DNA of 63,503 nt, counting the filler, from Craspedostauros australis (Eukaryota): assembly GCA_030167865.1 (NCBI GenBank). It is 18 parts of 18 records of this genome, joined end to end, with 100 filler letters (N's around TTAATTAATTAA, not from the genome) between each part and the next. Parts side by side here need not be neighbours in the genome. Positions count along the whole stretch, not along the records: positions 21,407 to 26,850 come from JALAGF010001815.1; positions 26,951 to 28,092 come from JALAGF010001816.1; positions 28,193 to 41,502 come from JALAGF010001817.1; 15 more parts are not named here. The stretch is one strand, 5' to 3'. Below are positions 25,701 through 37,063 of the stretch, one piece after another (positions within the stretch are counted from its first letter, which is position 1; each line of letters starts with the position of its first letter). A program made the translations under genes and the position numbers. The notes under the pieces are model-generated. The model saw only the letters and a list, made by a program, of their open reading frames with translations. It ran no database searches and had not been told where the DNA came from.

Positions 25701-26753
25701 TCTCCCTCGGCTTTCCTCATCCTGAGCGTCATGACGGAGTTCGGTTTTGGCAACGCTAAGACCAAGCAGATCCTGGGACAGAGGGCGCTCGATTTGATGG
25801 AGAAGATGGACAATCCGTCCACGGCGACTAGGATTATTTTCAACAATTACTCGTTGGTCCAGCACTGGAAGCGCCCTCTCGAGGACATGAGGCAGCCATT
25901 CCTAGACACGTACCGCATGGGGATGTCCATCGGCGACGTCGACACCGCAGCATGGAGTGTCGCGGTGTACATCGGAGTCGGCTTTGCCACCGGAACGCCA
26001 TTGGACCAGATCGATGCCGACTGCGCGACGTACTCTAGGGTCTTGCTCGATTTCCACCAGAGCGTACAATACGCATTCTTCATCATCTCTTGGCAACAGG
26101 TCCTCAACCTTCGCGGTGCATCCATGCACCGCACCTTGCTCATCGGCGACGCCTTCGACGAGAGCACCATCACCGCCGGTGGCGATAATGCGACGCAAGG
26201 GCTCTACTACAGAGCAACGATGACCTCAAAAATGGCGCTTTGCAGCTACTTTGGGAAATACGAAGAAGGCGCCAAACTGTTGGCACCCCACATCGATCTA
26301 GTCATGAAAGACTATCCGAGCTCGCATTCGGTGCCTCCGGTCGTATTCCTGACCGGACTCTGTTGCTTGGTGGCCACACAATCGAAGAAGGGCAACCGCC
26401 TTTATCGCAGGACTGCTCAGAAATGCCGGAAGCAACTGAAGGCATGGAGCAAGCAGGGGCATCCCAACTGCCCGCACTACATCATGCTCCTGGATGCCGA
26501 ACACAAGTGGCTGCACGGCAACCTCAAGGCCGCCACAGAACTCTTCACTCAGGCCATTCAAAGTGCTTCCGAGCGTGGGTACATCAATGATCAAGCACTC
26601 GCGAATGAGCGGCTGGGAGATTGCTGGATGGAACGTGGCCGGGATGATGACGCGAGGTCTCCATACGAAGAGTCCATTCGCTTGTATCAACAATGGGGAG
26701 CAACGAGAAAGGTCGAGGATCTGAAGGAAAAGGTGGATCAGATCTTTCAATGA
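22713..26753 (+). CDS. STAND-class AAA_16 / COG3899-like ATPase with helical (TPR-like) C-terminal region, 1346 aa
   Basis: LIGRSKEL, Walker A GHSGSGKT, Walker B VFVVDDLQWAD, KKTGGNPLF, IAACLG, FSHDKVQEAA and C-terminal ALANER...YQQWGATRKV. Intronless intact ORF. Confidence 0.88.
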   Translation: MTTIAEHKHKDATSIPEFESARTNMQIDKAVYNAHGPEDPSLSHDASSIVSDLDSHQAELPFDQVGLIGRSKELRLLRHAFNKTFMGTAQRSDASRDAKEPNSCDISGDSSIGKSLDSAEFEADAPKSNGSIENDHSSAVLPTVPPSRRTLVLIPGHSGSGKTALAMQVKQFGYAQDTTKRQPPFHGFFACGKCEISEMNAEQPYAGIKSALRDLCNQILCLPRDEQQTDFLSTAPLSKMVKKAASMTVSESTAASSSSVSSSASVSSSSSSPTPSPLLLPSPTANEANARSDGETGPSSPPEAVNDPRRLSILREKLKQGMTRGEILALSNVIPELPQVVYGVDFLEVVGDSVSAGTSAKQVSDESCAMSVSTAFSMRQHKTRPWTERIGYRAHGDRLKFALQKLIQIVCSYRPLVFVVDDLQWADKASLDILKSWMFDTQNSSLMVIGCYRSNLLEENDSLKATLTTLEESKRERSLRIVNLPIQDLELHHINEMLCRLLGSQPSNASNTLDVTDQSVGGHCKVVEALADVVHKKTGGNPLFIQRFLQSLVHDKLLRYNASSFSPARTPASTSKSTSKSTAAPAWKWTWDDDEMKARSPTATTVLTIMKNKLKQVTNACQILPIAACLGASFSYSTISIVMRGLSIHSAHSAFVQELFGIDRFVSTKDIGKMLRACEREGLLEKSQGRAASADERNQLSSITESSNLQRKKARGGSKKSIIYNFSHDKVQEAALDLVEEKEQLSELKYRVGEILLFGLPEEELDQKIFMVTNLVNSRLDLVPDVNKGNRGRRVTMLNFHAGTKAVSCSAFQLASIYFKHSIDLLPNNHWDVMSDETLEIYSAAAECAFVLSNLDQARRYCTVITESKCDTLLKIDAYQTLIDVAMAEVQKDTQEASAVGICMDVLSQLGCKLPKPGFQRMFHSAIGLIKLKHTVSKITPKVINDLRVIDNEKEDAILRILGKLTKVCYFFDKKSITCVVLQIMRRTLKYGVSEHSPSAFLILSVMTEFGFGNAKTKQILGQRALDLMEKMDNPSTATRIIFNNYSLVQHWKRPLEDMRQPFLDTYRMGMSIGDVDTAAWSVAVYIGVGFATGTPLDQIDADCATYSRVLLDFHQSVQYAFFIISWQQVLNLRGASMHRTLLIGDAFDESTITAGGDNATQGLYYRATMTSKMALCSYFGKYEEGAKLLAPHIDLVMKDYPSSHSVPPVVFLTGLCCLVATQSKKGNRLYRRTAQKCRKQLKAWSKQGHPNCPHYIMLLDAEHKWLHGNLKAATELFTQAIQSASERGYINDQALANERLGDCWMERGRDDDARSPYEESIRLYQQWGATRKVEDLKEKVDQIFQ

Positions 26754-27113
26754 ATAGTACGGCATGGCATGGCATGTATTGGACATGTTGCGATGGTGTA
26801 CCAGTACTCAATGGGATCTATCACACTACGAGGAGGGGAATGTTTGTTTTNNNNNNNNNNNNNNNNNNNNNNNNNNNNNNNNNNNNNNNNNNNNTTAATT
26901 AATTAANNNNNNNNNNNNNNNNNNNNNNNNNNNNNNNNNNNNNNNNNNNNCTCTCACAGAACCCAGACGACGGATCTCGACCCACGGTACTTGGGCTACA
27001 CAACCCACACGCATTGTCATACAGGACATCACAGAAGATTCCCCTCGAAGAGAAGAACCATAGCAATAATCTCATAATCCGCACGTTTCTTCACCATCTA
27101 CCAGTATTCTAAA

Positions 27114-27899
27114 TTGACTACTTGTGGAACAGAAGACTCTCGTCCGGATCGCTTGCCAGTCAAGCCTCTGCCTACAGCTAAAGAACAACCAACAAGACAA
27201 CAGCCATTACGTTTGGGCTCTATTAACAAGGCATATTGCCACAACCACTTCGATGTTGTCAAGTTTCTCATCGGAACACCAAGCATATATCCCAACTCCC
27301 GATACAAGGATGGCAACACTGTGCTCCATCTCGCAAGTGGTGATGGCCATCTCGATGTTGTGAAGTGGCTGGTTGAATCTGGTAAGGCCAACATCAACGC
27401 CAAGAATGACAACCGTAAGACTCCGCTCTACAAGGCATATCACACCAATCACTTCGACATTGTCAAGTATCTGGTTGCAGCACCCAATGTTGATTTGAAC
27501 GTGAAAGACAGGAATAGCGAGACCATCCTCCATCGCGCCAGCGCTGATGGCCATTTCGACGTTGTGAAGTCGTTGGTTGAACAAGGCAAGGTCGATATCA
27601 ACATCAAAACCAGCAATTATGGCAGCACTGCATTGCACCTTGCAAGCATGCATGGCAGATTGGAAGTCGTGAAGTATTTGGTGGAATTGTGCAACGCAGA
27701 AATCGACATTCAAAACAAGTATGGCATCACAGCACTTGGGTGGGCAAGTTGGCGTGGTAAAGTGGAGGTCGTGACGTATTTGGTGGAATCGTGCAACGTA
27801 GACATCAGCATCAAGACTAACAGTGGCTTGACTGCGCTGGGCATTGCGAAACTGCTGGGTCAGACTGATATTGCCAACTACTTGACCACTCTTGTTTGA
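27114..27899 (+). CDS. Ankyrin-repeat protein (~6-7 repeats); true 5' end uncertain
   Basis: Repeated G.TxLH.A..GHxxVVKxLVE motifs. The ORF-track start is not an ATG, so an upstream exon is likely. Confidence 0.85.
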   Translation: MTTCGTEDSRPDRLPVKPLPTAKEQPTRQQPLRLGSINKAYCHNHFDVVKFLIGTPSIYPNSRYKDGNTVLHLASGDGHLDVVKWLVESGKANINAKNDNRKTPLYKAYHTNHFDIVKYLVAAPNVDLNVKDRNSETILHRASADGHFDVVKSLVEQGKVDINIKTSNYGSTALHLASMHGRLEVVKYLVELCNAEIDIQNKYGITALGWASWRGKVEVVTYLVESCNVDISIKTNSGLTALGIAKLLGQTDIANYLTTLV

Positions 27900-28520
27900 T
27901 GAGAGCATGGCTGTAAAATGAACAAGAACGAACCACCCAACCATCTGTCAAAGTAGTCTCCTTTCGCAGCTGTCAAGTGCTTAACATCCATCGTTGACGT
28001 CAATCAGTCGTTACTGTACTATTGTTCAGTGGACTCCAATTATAGTATGGTTTGCTGCAATCTGCTCAACGTCGCTTCGTGTTGCAAGGTCANNNNNNNN
28101 NNNNNNNNNNNNNNNNNNNNNNNNNNNNNNNNNNNNTTAATTAATTAANNNNNNNNNNNNNNNNNNNNNNNNNNNNNNNNNNNNNNNNNNNNGCATTCCT
28201 AAGTTGCTAGTTGTCACCAGAGCCAAGCAGCGTCCTCGTCCAAACCAGGCGAGTCCACTGCTGGGAAACAACACATTGTAGTCATTGAGGTTGGAATGTT
28301 GTGTGATGCTATTTCCGAGCGTCGAAGTGGGACACCAAATGTTCGGAGATAGTCTGTCCGTGACTGGATTCCAACGAACACCACAAACTCCTTGCGTGTC
28401 ACCACCAATACTTTGAGGAGCGCGAAAGCCTGCATTCGCAACAACAAGGGTTGTCTTCTCAGAGAACGACATTGACAGCAACACGGCCATCGAAACGAAT
28501 TCATTATCCTTACCATCACG

Positions 28521-29426
28521 ATGAAGATCGATCAATTCCGACGTTCGTATGGTGGAGAGGGTCCGTTGGACACGAAGCATTGGGCGATCATGAAGGCCAC
28601 CGCGGAGTTGCTGCGCCCCATCTATCCATCGACCGGCGACGATGACGTGCATACCACCAATTCCGTCCGCGTCCTGTATCCCGGCTCGTATTGTCACCTG
28701 ACGGCATCCATGCTGTTCCATCATGTCCACTACGTCGATTTCGATTCGAAGGTGGTGGAAATGATGCGAAGTCCAGCCGTTGCCACCACGTGGATGGAAG
28801 AGCACGGCATGAAGGGCGGCAGCTTCACGGTCACGAAAGCATCGTACGAGGACTTCTTCAACGCCAAGAAGAAGACGAAGCAAAGGCAGCAACCCAAGTA
28901 CAGGTCAGGCTGCCAACCGCCGTATCATCTCATCATCTCCATGAGCGCTGGGTTGGTGACGGACGCCATCGGATCCACGACGTGGTGGATGGAAGATGAC
29001 GATGGCGGAGTGGAACCGTCTCCACCATGGCTGTTGGTCTCCGATGCCCATGCCGATGCACGACGTGCGTTTGTGCATCATGCCGACATCTGGGAACTGA
29101 AGGCGGTTTGGAAGGAGGGAGAATGGAATCAAGACTCCGCCACTCTGGATGCGTGTTTCCGTGTCATCCCCAAAAAGACACGAGGCGCGAAACGCAAAGC
29201 AAGCAACAAGACCGATACTAAATCATCATCATCATCCCGCAAGAAGACACCTGGCACCACGACACGCGACGACGACCAATCGTTGGACGCGGCGGAGGAG
29301 GTGCACCCGCTCATGACCAAGGATCAGGTTGAGGAGAGCGTTCGAGTTGGATCTGTTTCGAAGCGATCCTTCCGCATGGTCCTGGACGCCACCTTTTATC
29401 TCTTCCAACGACGCGAAAAGAAGTGA
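28521..29426 (+). CDS. Uncharacterised protein, putative class I SAM-methyltransferase-like fold
   Basis: 301-aa intact ORF with VLYPGSYCHLTASMLFHHVHYVDFD, YHLIISMSAG and LLVSDAHADA, resembling a bacterial hypothetical family from memory. Fold call is inference. Confidence 0.55.
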   Translation: MKIDQFRRSYGGEGPLDTKHWAIMKATAELLRPIYPSTGDDDVHTTNSVRVLYPGSYCHLTASMLFHHVHYVDFDSKVVEMMRSPAVATTWMEEHGMKGGSFTVTKASYEDFFNAKKKTKQRQQPKYRSGCQPPYHLIISMSAGLVTDAIGSTTWWMEDDDGGVEPSPPWLLVSDAHADARRAFVHHADIWELKAVWKEGEWNQDSATLDACFRVIPKKTRGAKRKASNKTDTKSSSSSRKKTPGTTTRDDDQSLDAAEEVHPLMTKDQVEESVRVGSVSKRSFRMVLDATFYLFQRREKK

Positions 29427-29965
29427 AGTTTCGCACACCCTCTGCACATCTTTCGGAATGTTACAAATAGTCAGCTGTTGTGCTTGAACACTTAATACAC
29501 TATTATCGCTCGACAGAATCCATTGGCATTATTCACTTGGCATTCGATCATTTGAAGAAAGTCGTGGAGAGGCGACTTTTGATGTGAGGTGCGCAATCCC
29601 ATCCGCGCCTTCCCTTGGCGCAGATCAGCGAGTCGACCTACAACCGGCAACATTGTTTGTATTACGAAGGTATCCGCTGCGACTCGCAAAGGAAACCGAA
29701 ACCGAGGGCATGGACATTCTGTTGTAGAGCGACTGATTGCACTCTCTTCCTCAACCACCACTCGTAGGTCGTCTGGCTGCGGTGGGTGGCTTGAATGGAA
29801 AGCATGGAATCTTCCACGATGATGCATCCTCCGGGTCAAGGGCGATGACCCATGTCGCAGAATTCCACTCGTTTATTCCATGGCCTTGCGATGGCGTAAT
29901 ATCCTATGCCACTCTCCAGAGAGAGAGAGAGAAAGTGTAGACTTCATCACGCATTCTTGTGTTCC

Positions 29966-30373
29966 CTAATCAGTGCTCTCCGCGGCCTCCTTCTCCAACC
30001 GCTCGCGCAGCAATTGCACGATCATTCGTTGCGTCCTCTTTTCCAGCTTGGCCAACTTGCCTTCGATGCCCTTCTTCAAATCCCAGTTGATCTTCTTGGG
30101 TGCCAACCCACCCACAGCGTTGGGATCGCCGGAGCTCAGCTTCTCTGCGAGGACGTCGCGTCGTGCTCGCTCCGCCGCGATTTGCAACGCCGACTTGGCA
30201 TCTTCCGTCTTGGCGCGTTTGGCTTGTCGTGCCTCGTCGTCGTCGTCATCTTGCGTCGTCGCGGAATAATTTCGAAACTTCAGCTTGGTTTTTGGCTCTT
30301 CGGGATCGTCCTTCTTTTGGTTCCTGCCTGCCTTGAGGGCGAGCGCCTTCAGTCTTTGCTTTCTGTCTTCCAT
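29966..30373 (-). CDS. CWF18: Pre-mRNA splicing factor Cwf18 / CCDC12, 135 aa
   Basis: MEDRKQRLKAL, KLKFRNY and LAPKKINWDLKK..KLAKLEKRTQR.I..L.RERL signature motifs. Confidence 0.9.
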   Translation of the reverse strand: MEDRKQRLKALALKAGRNQKKDDPEEPKTKLKFRNYSATTQDDDDDEARQAKRAKTEDAKSALQIAAERARRDVLAEKLSSGDPNAVGGLAPKKINWDLKKGIEGKLAKLEKRTQRMIVQLLRERLEKEAAESTD

Positions 30374-31000
30374 GGTGGATTGCTGACCGTATGAATCGAT
30401 GCTGGCGTTGGCGTTGATGCTCTTGTTGCGAACACGCGTTGTCTTCGAAGCCAAACGTGGGAGTACTCTCAGCTGGGATGAGAGGGCTTGTCTTCTCTTT
30501 TGGACCTTGTTGAGGGTGTCGCTGTTGGTGGAGCGGTGGGGATGTGATGTGATGTGACGACGTTGTTTGTTCGTTCGCGATGTCTCATTGCCTTTCTCTG
30601 CCGTTTGTTTCGTTTCTTGTTTCATTTGTTCCGTGGTTGGCCACCGTCTCGCCATGTTAACAGCCACATGTTCAGTCCTTCCGTCGCAACGTCACAAACA
30701 AGCAGATGTTTAAGCCTGTCATCAACCGTTTCTAGTCGCGTATGTCGCACGTAGTTTTCTGCACAAAGCGAGATGAACTTCATCAAATCAGCAGAAGGCA
30801 ACAAGCTTCCATCGAGTACACTTGGAAGAGTCCAACAACACACATGGGAGAGTAAAGCAAAGTTAATCCACTCGAATCTACTCGACTTGACTGCAAAGTG
30901 CGACTTCGGTCTTTAAATAGAATCGCAACCAATATCAGTGGCTCTCGTTTGGCAATAGAATGACGACAGTGAGATCGATCAACAAAGCAACGACTCAGGG

Positions 31001-34000
31001 CTAATCGAATGGGTTCGAAGACCTCTGTGGCTTCACTTCCCGGGCAGTCGGGGTGGCGTTCCTGGTTGAATGTAGAGCGGCTTCTCTCATGGACTCTTCG
31101 CGCTCTTCCGCCGGCAGGACGTACAGCTTGAGCAGCATGGTTTGGCACTCGTCCCACGTGCTGCAGTGGTGCGCTTCCATGAAGGCCCTCTTCTGCTTCT
31201 GCAAGCGTTGGTCTGCTTCAAGCTTCTTCATCGATGCTTCCAGGTGTTGCTTGTCGTTTGGTGAACGCGACACCATGGACAGAGCCACTTGCCGGACGTT
31301 GCCTTTGATGCGTCCCTCCAGCGAACTCTCCTCCCACAGTGCCATGGTCCAAGAGGACTGGCACTCCTTCCATTTCTTGGCGTCCGAGAATCGACGCTGG
31401 GTCTTGTTGCCTGCCTTTTGGAATCGAATGGCCACCTGAGTGTCCAGTTCGGGGAATAGCTCCGACATGGTCATGCTGGAATCCTGGCTTTGTGCCATGT
31501 GTTGCCCTGCGGCCGTGAAAATGAAAAGGGTGAAAGATGCCGACGGGGAAGTTTACAAGAAGAATAGAGGTGAGAAAATACTTGGTTCCAGATGCGGTGA
31601 AAAGAAATAAAATGTTTCCACACAAACTATGGAAAAGACTCTGGAGAGAGGAAGAGATGATTGCCATCAGCGCACAACAAACACGAGGAGCACTTGGCTC
31701 AATGATTCACGTACAGATTGTTCGCGCCAGTCGATCCTTCTTGAGGCTACCCTTGGGGTCGATGCTGAATCGTTTGAACAAGGTTGGGAGCTTGCTTTCC
31801 ATGCTGTCTGCGTTGAGGCGTTCGTAGATCTGGACCCTCTCGGCTGCTTCAAATCTCGCAGCACTATCTCCGCGGTACTTCGGGAATACCTGGCCGGCAT
31901 TTTCCTCTCCCTCCACGGCCTTCTCCAGCAGAGGATGAACGTCGAGAGCGCGGCGGTACACCGTATCACGGATCTGGACGCCTCCACCCAACGCATTCGT
32001 GACGAGTTCGTGATCGAAGATCGCTTGCTCGTTTGGTTCGATGCCAACGCGCAGGGTTGTCCACAATCGGAGCAGTTCACTCTCGGCAACCGCCGTCGTC
32101 AAAAAAGGCCGGTCCGTGTGAAGGCAGGGCCAGAATTTGGTTCGAAATGCCAAGCTCGTGGATGTCACGCTCCATAGGCCAAACACCTGCGTCCTGTAAA
32201 GATCCAGTCGACGTTGGATGATATCACGCAACTTCTTGCGGACGAAGTAGCCTCGGATGCGAGCCTGCTGTTTGCAAATGATGTTGCGCAGCACAGTGAA
32301 AATGAACCTCATGCGCCGTCCTCGCACAATTGCCTGCAGACGCACTGCAGCATTTCGCTGTCTCCACAGATGCTTGCGCACCAGCATTCCTCGCATGCAC
32401 CGCTGCAGGCGCCCGATCGCAGCCTTTCTCCGTTGCGCATTCTGCCTGGCCAAAAACGATCGGATGGAGTTCTGGATCGCCACTGATGATCGACGTCGTC
32501 GTTGCTTTTTCGCTATGATCTTGCTCTGTTCTTCTCTATCATCGGTCGGTGCTGGTTGCTGGGGAAGTTCGTTCAGTCTCCGTTGCTTCGCTACCATGTA
32601 CCTGCGAAAGCAGCGCTGTATCTTGGTGATGAGGATGAGCAGCGTGGCCTGTTTCCGACGAGCATCGAGCAGCAAGGTCTCCGCCTTCGATCGTTTGATG
32701 TTTGGCACGATCATGACGAGCTCGTTCTTACGGCTGCTGGTGCTCGCCTTGGAAACATCAGATCTCTCGGATCGGGTTGACGAGTCAATATTCTTCTTGC
32801 TCAGGCTACCGTTGTCGTTCCTGCTGCTGCTGCTTCTTCTGTCACTATCGCTGTTCTTGCGGTTGGCCTTCCACTTTTTCACCGATGCGACAGCCGCCGC
32901 ATTCTTGCTCTCAGCAGGGTTGACAAGATTCATGGGCACCAATGCACTATTCATGGTCATGGGAGCCAGGGCTAACAGCGCAGAATCCAAGTCTTTGATC
33001 GACTTCCTTGCCATGTTGGAGATGGCCAATTGGGCAATGACCAGCGGCTTGATCGCCTTCCGGACGAGTTGTTGCTGCGTTTCGAGCACCTTTTTCGTCT
33101 GGGTCAGGCGATTGCGGAAGGACTCGCCCTGATGCTGCTTCCAAGTCATGGCGGGTCTTGGTTTGCCGACGAGGGCTTTGTCCAATTTCGGAAACACTCC
33201 GTAATGGTACAGACCTTCGTGCGGTGGCAGACCAACGTCCGATGCGCGTGGTGCGATGTACGTTTTCGTGATCTGTCCAACAAATACGACCAAACGTACA
33301 ATTTCGGTTGTTTGCATTCATGCATGCATGCAGCCGCGCAAGCGTATGTATACAAACGTCCAAGTAGATGCATGCGGTAACGAGTACACATCATGAAATG
33401 CAGTTGTCCATTCAGTGGTTCGTGTCAACAAAGATGCATGAAATAGAGGAGGTGCGGAGTGAAGCATTTCGTGAGTACGGATCACAGAAAAGACAAGGAG
33501 GAACCCAAAATCGATTGAGAAGCTGCGAATGCCATACACGCAGCAGCATTTCACTGTATGCCACCACCCTTCGACAAGATCCAATTTCCACGAGACCCAC
33601 CTTCGCTTCTTGGCTGTCAAGGAATGGCGTTGCCAGCTTCCTCCCGCCGTTCCTCAGCACGAACATCTTGGATCGATTGTTCTTGGCAAGGATGGATTCG
33701 TCGAAATACTTGACTTCAGGCTGGGATGGATTCTTGGCGCGTTCCTCCAGGAATGTTTGGAACATTTGCGTTTCCAGAACGGCCTGCAAGAAGGCCAGCG
33801 TCTTTTTCGGGATCATGCCCTGTTCTTCCAAGAAGCTCTCCTCCTTGAAGAGGTCGTTGCCGGAATCCTTGGACAGGAAGTACCTGTACCCGTTGAAGAT
33901 GGTGACGAAGAACCGAACGAAGGCGTTGCGAATGGCCGTGGAGGAGAAGCCTTCTGGCTCGGCTTGATCCAGCAAATGCCCTTGGAGGCACGCATCGGCG

Positions 34001-36477
34001 AAGTCTTCCATGCTGTTCTTCTTGCCTTGAAGTCGTTTGAATGGCGATCGCATCCCCATGAAGGTGCTGTGCCGATTTCCACCCTTGCCCTTCTTCGCGC
34101 CTTCCTTGTCCGAGTTGGATGAATTGACCGACCGCGTGTCATCCGTAAATTGACCGTGCGCCACCATGTTGATGGTCATGTTGAGATCATCGTTGGAGTA
34201 CGCTCGATCCGTCGCGCTGAATATCTCCTTCCTGCCGATCAGATCACCCGTCACCTCGACGGTTGACATGCGTGCGTACACCTCTCGGTCCTTATTTTGC
34301 AACAGGATGGAGCCGCCAGTCATGATGCATCCCTTCAACCCTGAATTTGGCAAGATGTAGACGTTGCCACCATTTTCCTCCAGTGCGTTGCGCAGCTTCA
34401 AAGCGTCTTGGTACGGCAGAGCCGGCGGCATCCGTGGTGTCAGTCCGTCTCGTTCCTCGTTGTATCCCATGTGGATGACATCCTTATCCAAATCCACGAG
34501 CACGACACCTTTCGGTCGGTAACTCGCAGGCGTTTGGTGGAGGTACTTGGAGCCCAGCCCGACCAGGAACGGCACAGGTGCATCGAGGACGTCGTACATG
34601 GAATCGGGCAGGACGGGGACGTACATGCCCTGCCACGTGAATGGGAACATGACCGTGAGCAACGCCTGCGCGACGGGACAGAGCATGCTGACGTGCGATG
34701 AGAAGAGTGCCACGCGGCATTCTTGCATGAGACATCCGATGACGGTGATGATGTTGCCAGCACTGAGGGAAGCGAAGAGCGGACGGAAGGAGATGTCGGC
34801 CATTGGCAGCTGGTTTGGCGGTGGCCGCTCGATTGTGAAGAGCTTGTCGACGTCGAAGCCGAACTCAACCCGGATTCTCCCCCTTGGTGGCAGCGGAACT
34901 TCGCTGACGAAGTTGGAGATGTATCGTTCGATCGGTAGCGGTGCTTCGACCAGGGTGAGCCGGTACAAGCGCAGCAGCACGGAACGAAATTTGTTTTGGA
35001 ATGGATAATGCGATAGGACCACGAGGCACTTGGCGAAGAAGACCACGTCGTTGAGTTTGGTGGGATTCGTGATGCATTCGGGCAGTTGCTGGATTTCTTT
35101 CTTTGTCTGGATCTTCTTTTTGGCGTCGTCTGCGTAACTTTTCTGCACCTGCTTCTTCAACGTGTGCATATCCGTGGGTTCGTCGTATATCTGCAGAACG
35201 CAGCCGTACATTCTCTGACCGTCCGAATTGGTGAGGACGATGGAAAAGAATCTAGGAGGCAGCTGCTGCGTGGTTGGCTTGCACCCTTCCGGCAGCACGA
35301 AGGTGGCGAGGTGGTCCGGGAATTCCATGTCGCTGTGCGCTGTCTTGGACGGGAAGCAGGTTTCGATGTGCGGGACGAAGGCTAACTCGTCGACGCTGGT
35401 CGCCTTGCTGTTGGTGGGTCCCGGGCTCAGCTTCATGGTCGGCTTCACGACGCAGAAGTAGTCCACGAGGCGGTTTGGCAGCGCGCCGGTGTTGCGCCTC
35501 ACGCTCCTGCGCGACGATGATTTCGCGTCGATTCCGGCGTTGAGGTTGAACTGACGCAGCTTGATGAGATTCTTCGAAACGTACGGTTTGATCTCGGGCT
35601 CGCGATGCAAGATCTTGGACCATATCGGCTGCGCCAACGGCCCCGTCGGCGGAAAGGCAAACGCCAGCGCCTCGTACTTGGCTCTGCAGAACAGCACGCG
35701 ATCCACAAGTTCGCTCGCAGGCGTCGGTCGCTTCGCCTTCCAGCTCTGCGAGATGTAGCGTTCGTAGACTTCCCACGACCTCGCGTTGCCGCCGCACTCC
35801 TCGAAGAACGCGACGAGGTGCGGCGTCCAAGGCGCCATCGCGTCCTGCACGGCGTACATGGTCGTCACGGCGGAACCCAACGCATCGTGAGCCTGCGAAC
35901 AGGCCCGACACACGAAGACGCAATGGCCGCCCATGCGCTCGTTGAGATGGAAGGCGGGGTCGATATTCTTCGCCGGCGTCGCGTCGCTGACCTCTATGGA
36001 ATCGTTCGTCGCCTGTCGGTTAGGTGGTGCGAAGGCCTTGTGGTTGCGGTGGAAGTCGTAGATGCGGGCTGCCGTGGCCGTGTGCTGCATCGCCGTGCCT
36101 TCCACCGACTTGGACGGAAGGCAGTACGACAGGAAGACCTGCGATGGATCCACCAACGCGATTCGGCATTCCGCGCAGCAACGGTTCGTCGGGACGGATT
36201 GCAATGCCGACAGGATCCTCGTGACGGACGATGGGTTGTCGTTCTCTTCGTCTGCGCTGGCAGTGGCGCGGATGTCTCCATTGCCATCGCCGCCATTCTG
36301 ATCGCCATGTTGATCGACATGTTGATCGCCATTCTGATCGCTGTTGCCGTAGGAGTTGCTGCGCAAGTTGAGCTGCTGCTCCAGCGAGACAGAAGTCGCG
36401 GAGCTGTCGCTCGAGATGGTGCTCGAACTCCTCAAGTCGCCATTCGATGGATTCATTTCTGTTTGTGTGTATGGCAA
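31001..36477 (-). CDS. ArfGAP-like + tripartite DENN + IQ-motif protein, ~1646 aa, three exons
   Basis: Exons 36477-33601, 33272-31715 and 31506-31001 join in frame through GT-AG introns (4941 nt in total). NRCCAEC...VCRACSQAH...WT..GGN...AKYE (ArfGAP-like); RLVDYFCVV, FVLPEG, KCLVVLSHYPF, EVPLPPRG, FPFTWQGMYVPVLP, LDAPVPFLVG and ETQMFQTF (uDENN/DENN/dDENN); several IQxxxR(G)xxxR motifs in exon 2. Confidence 0.88.
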
Positions 36478-37063
36478 GTGTATGGATACAAGGACGATTA
36501 TAGTGGGTACAGGGCTCTGAGGAACGGTCAGTTGGAGAGTTCGTCGGGTATATTGCGCTATGGATAAGGGCTGTTCCGAGTCCGACAGTAATGTGTCTTC
36601 GCGCCAACTCTCTCAGACTTGACGGTTCCTCCACCAAACCTTGTACGGGCAATTTGTGCACGTTCAGCACAAACGTCGCATTGTTTTGGGTTGTTTGTTT
36701 GCGTTTGGCGTGCAAAGTTGCGCCGTCGTTGTGTCGTGTTGTTGGCGATATCTTCACGAATTACGGGACTGGATACGTCCTTTTCACTCGTGATTGCATC
36801 AACAACGATTCCGATTTTGAATTCTGCGATTTGTTGTGCGTTTCTCCCGCATGTGATCGTATTAGTCGTATTTTTCTTAGACTTGTCAGCAAAGGTAGAT
36901 AAGAAGAACATGCAACGGTTGTCTCGGTTGCTTCGGCTGGTGAGTGTGGAGTCAATCGTGCGCGGCGGACAGCGGGAGAGCGCGTGGAATAACAAGGCTC
37001 CTCAAGACACGGGACTCTCTGTCCTGCTACATTTTCATTTTTTAACATTTAGTTGTGCCGGGC

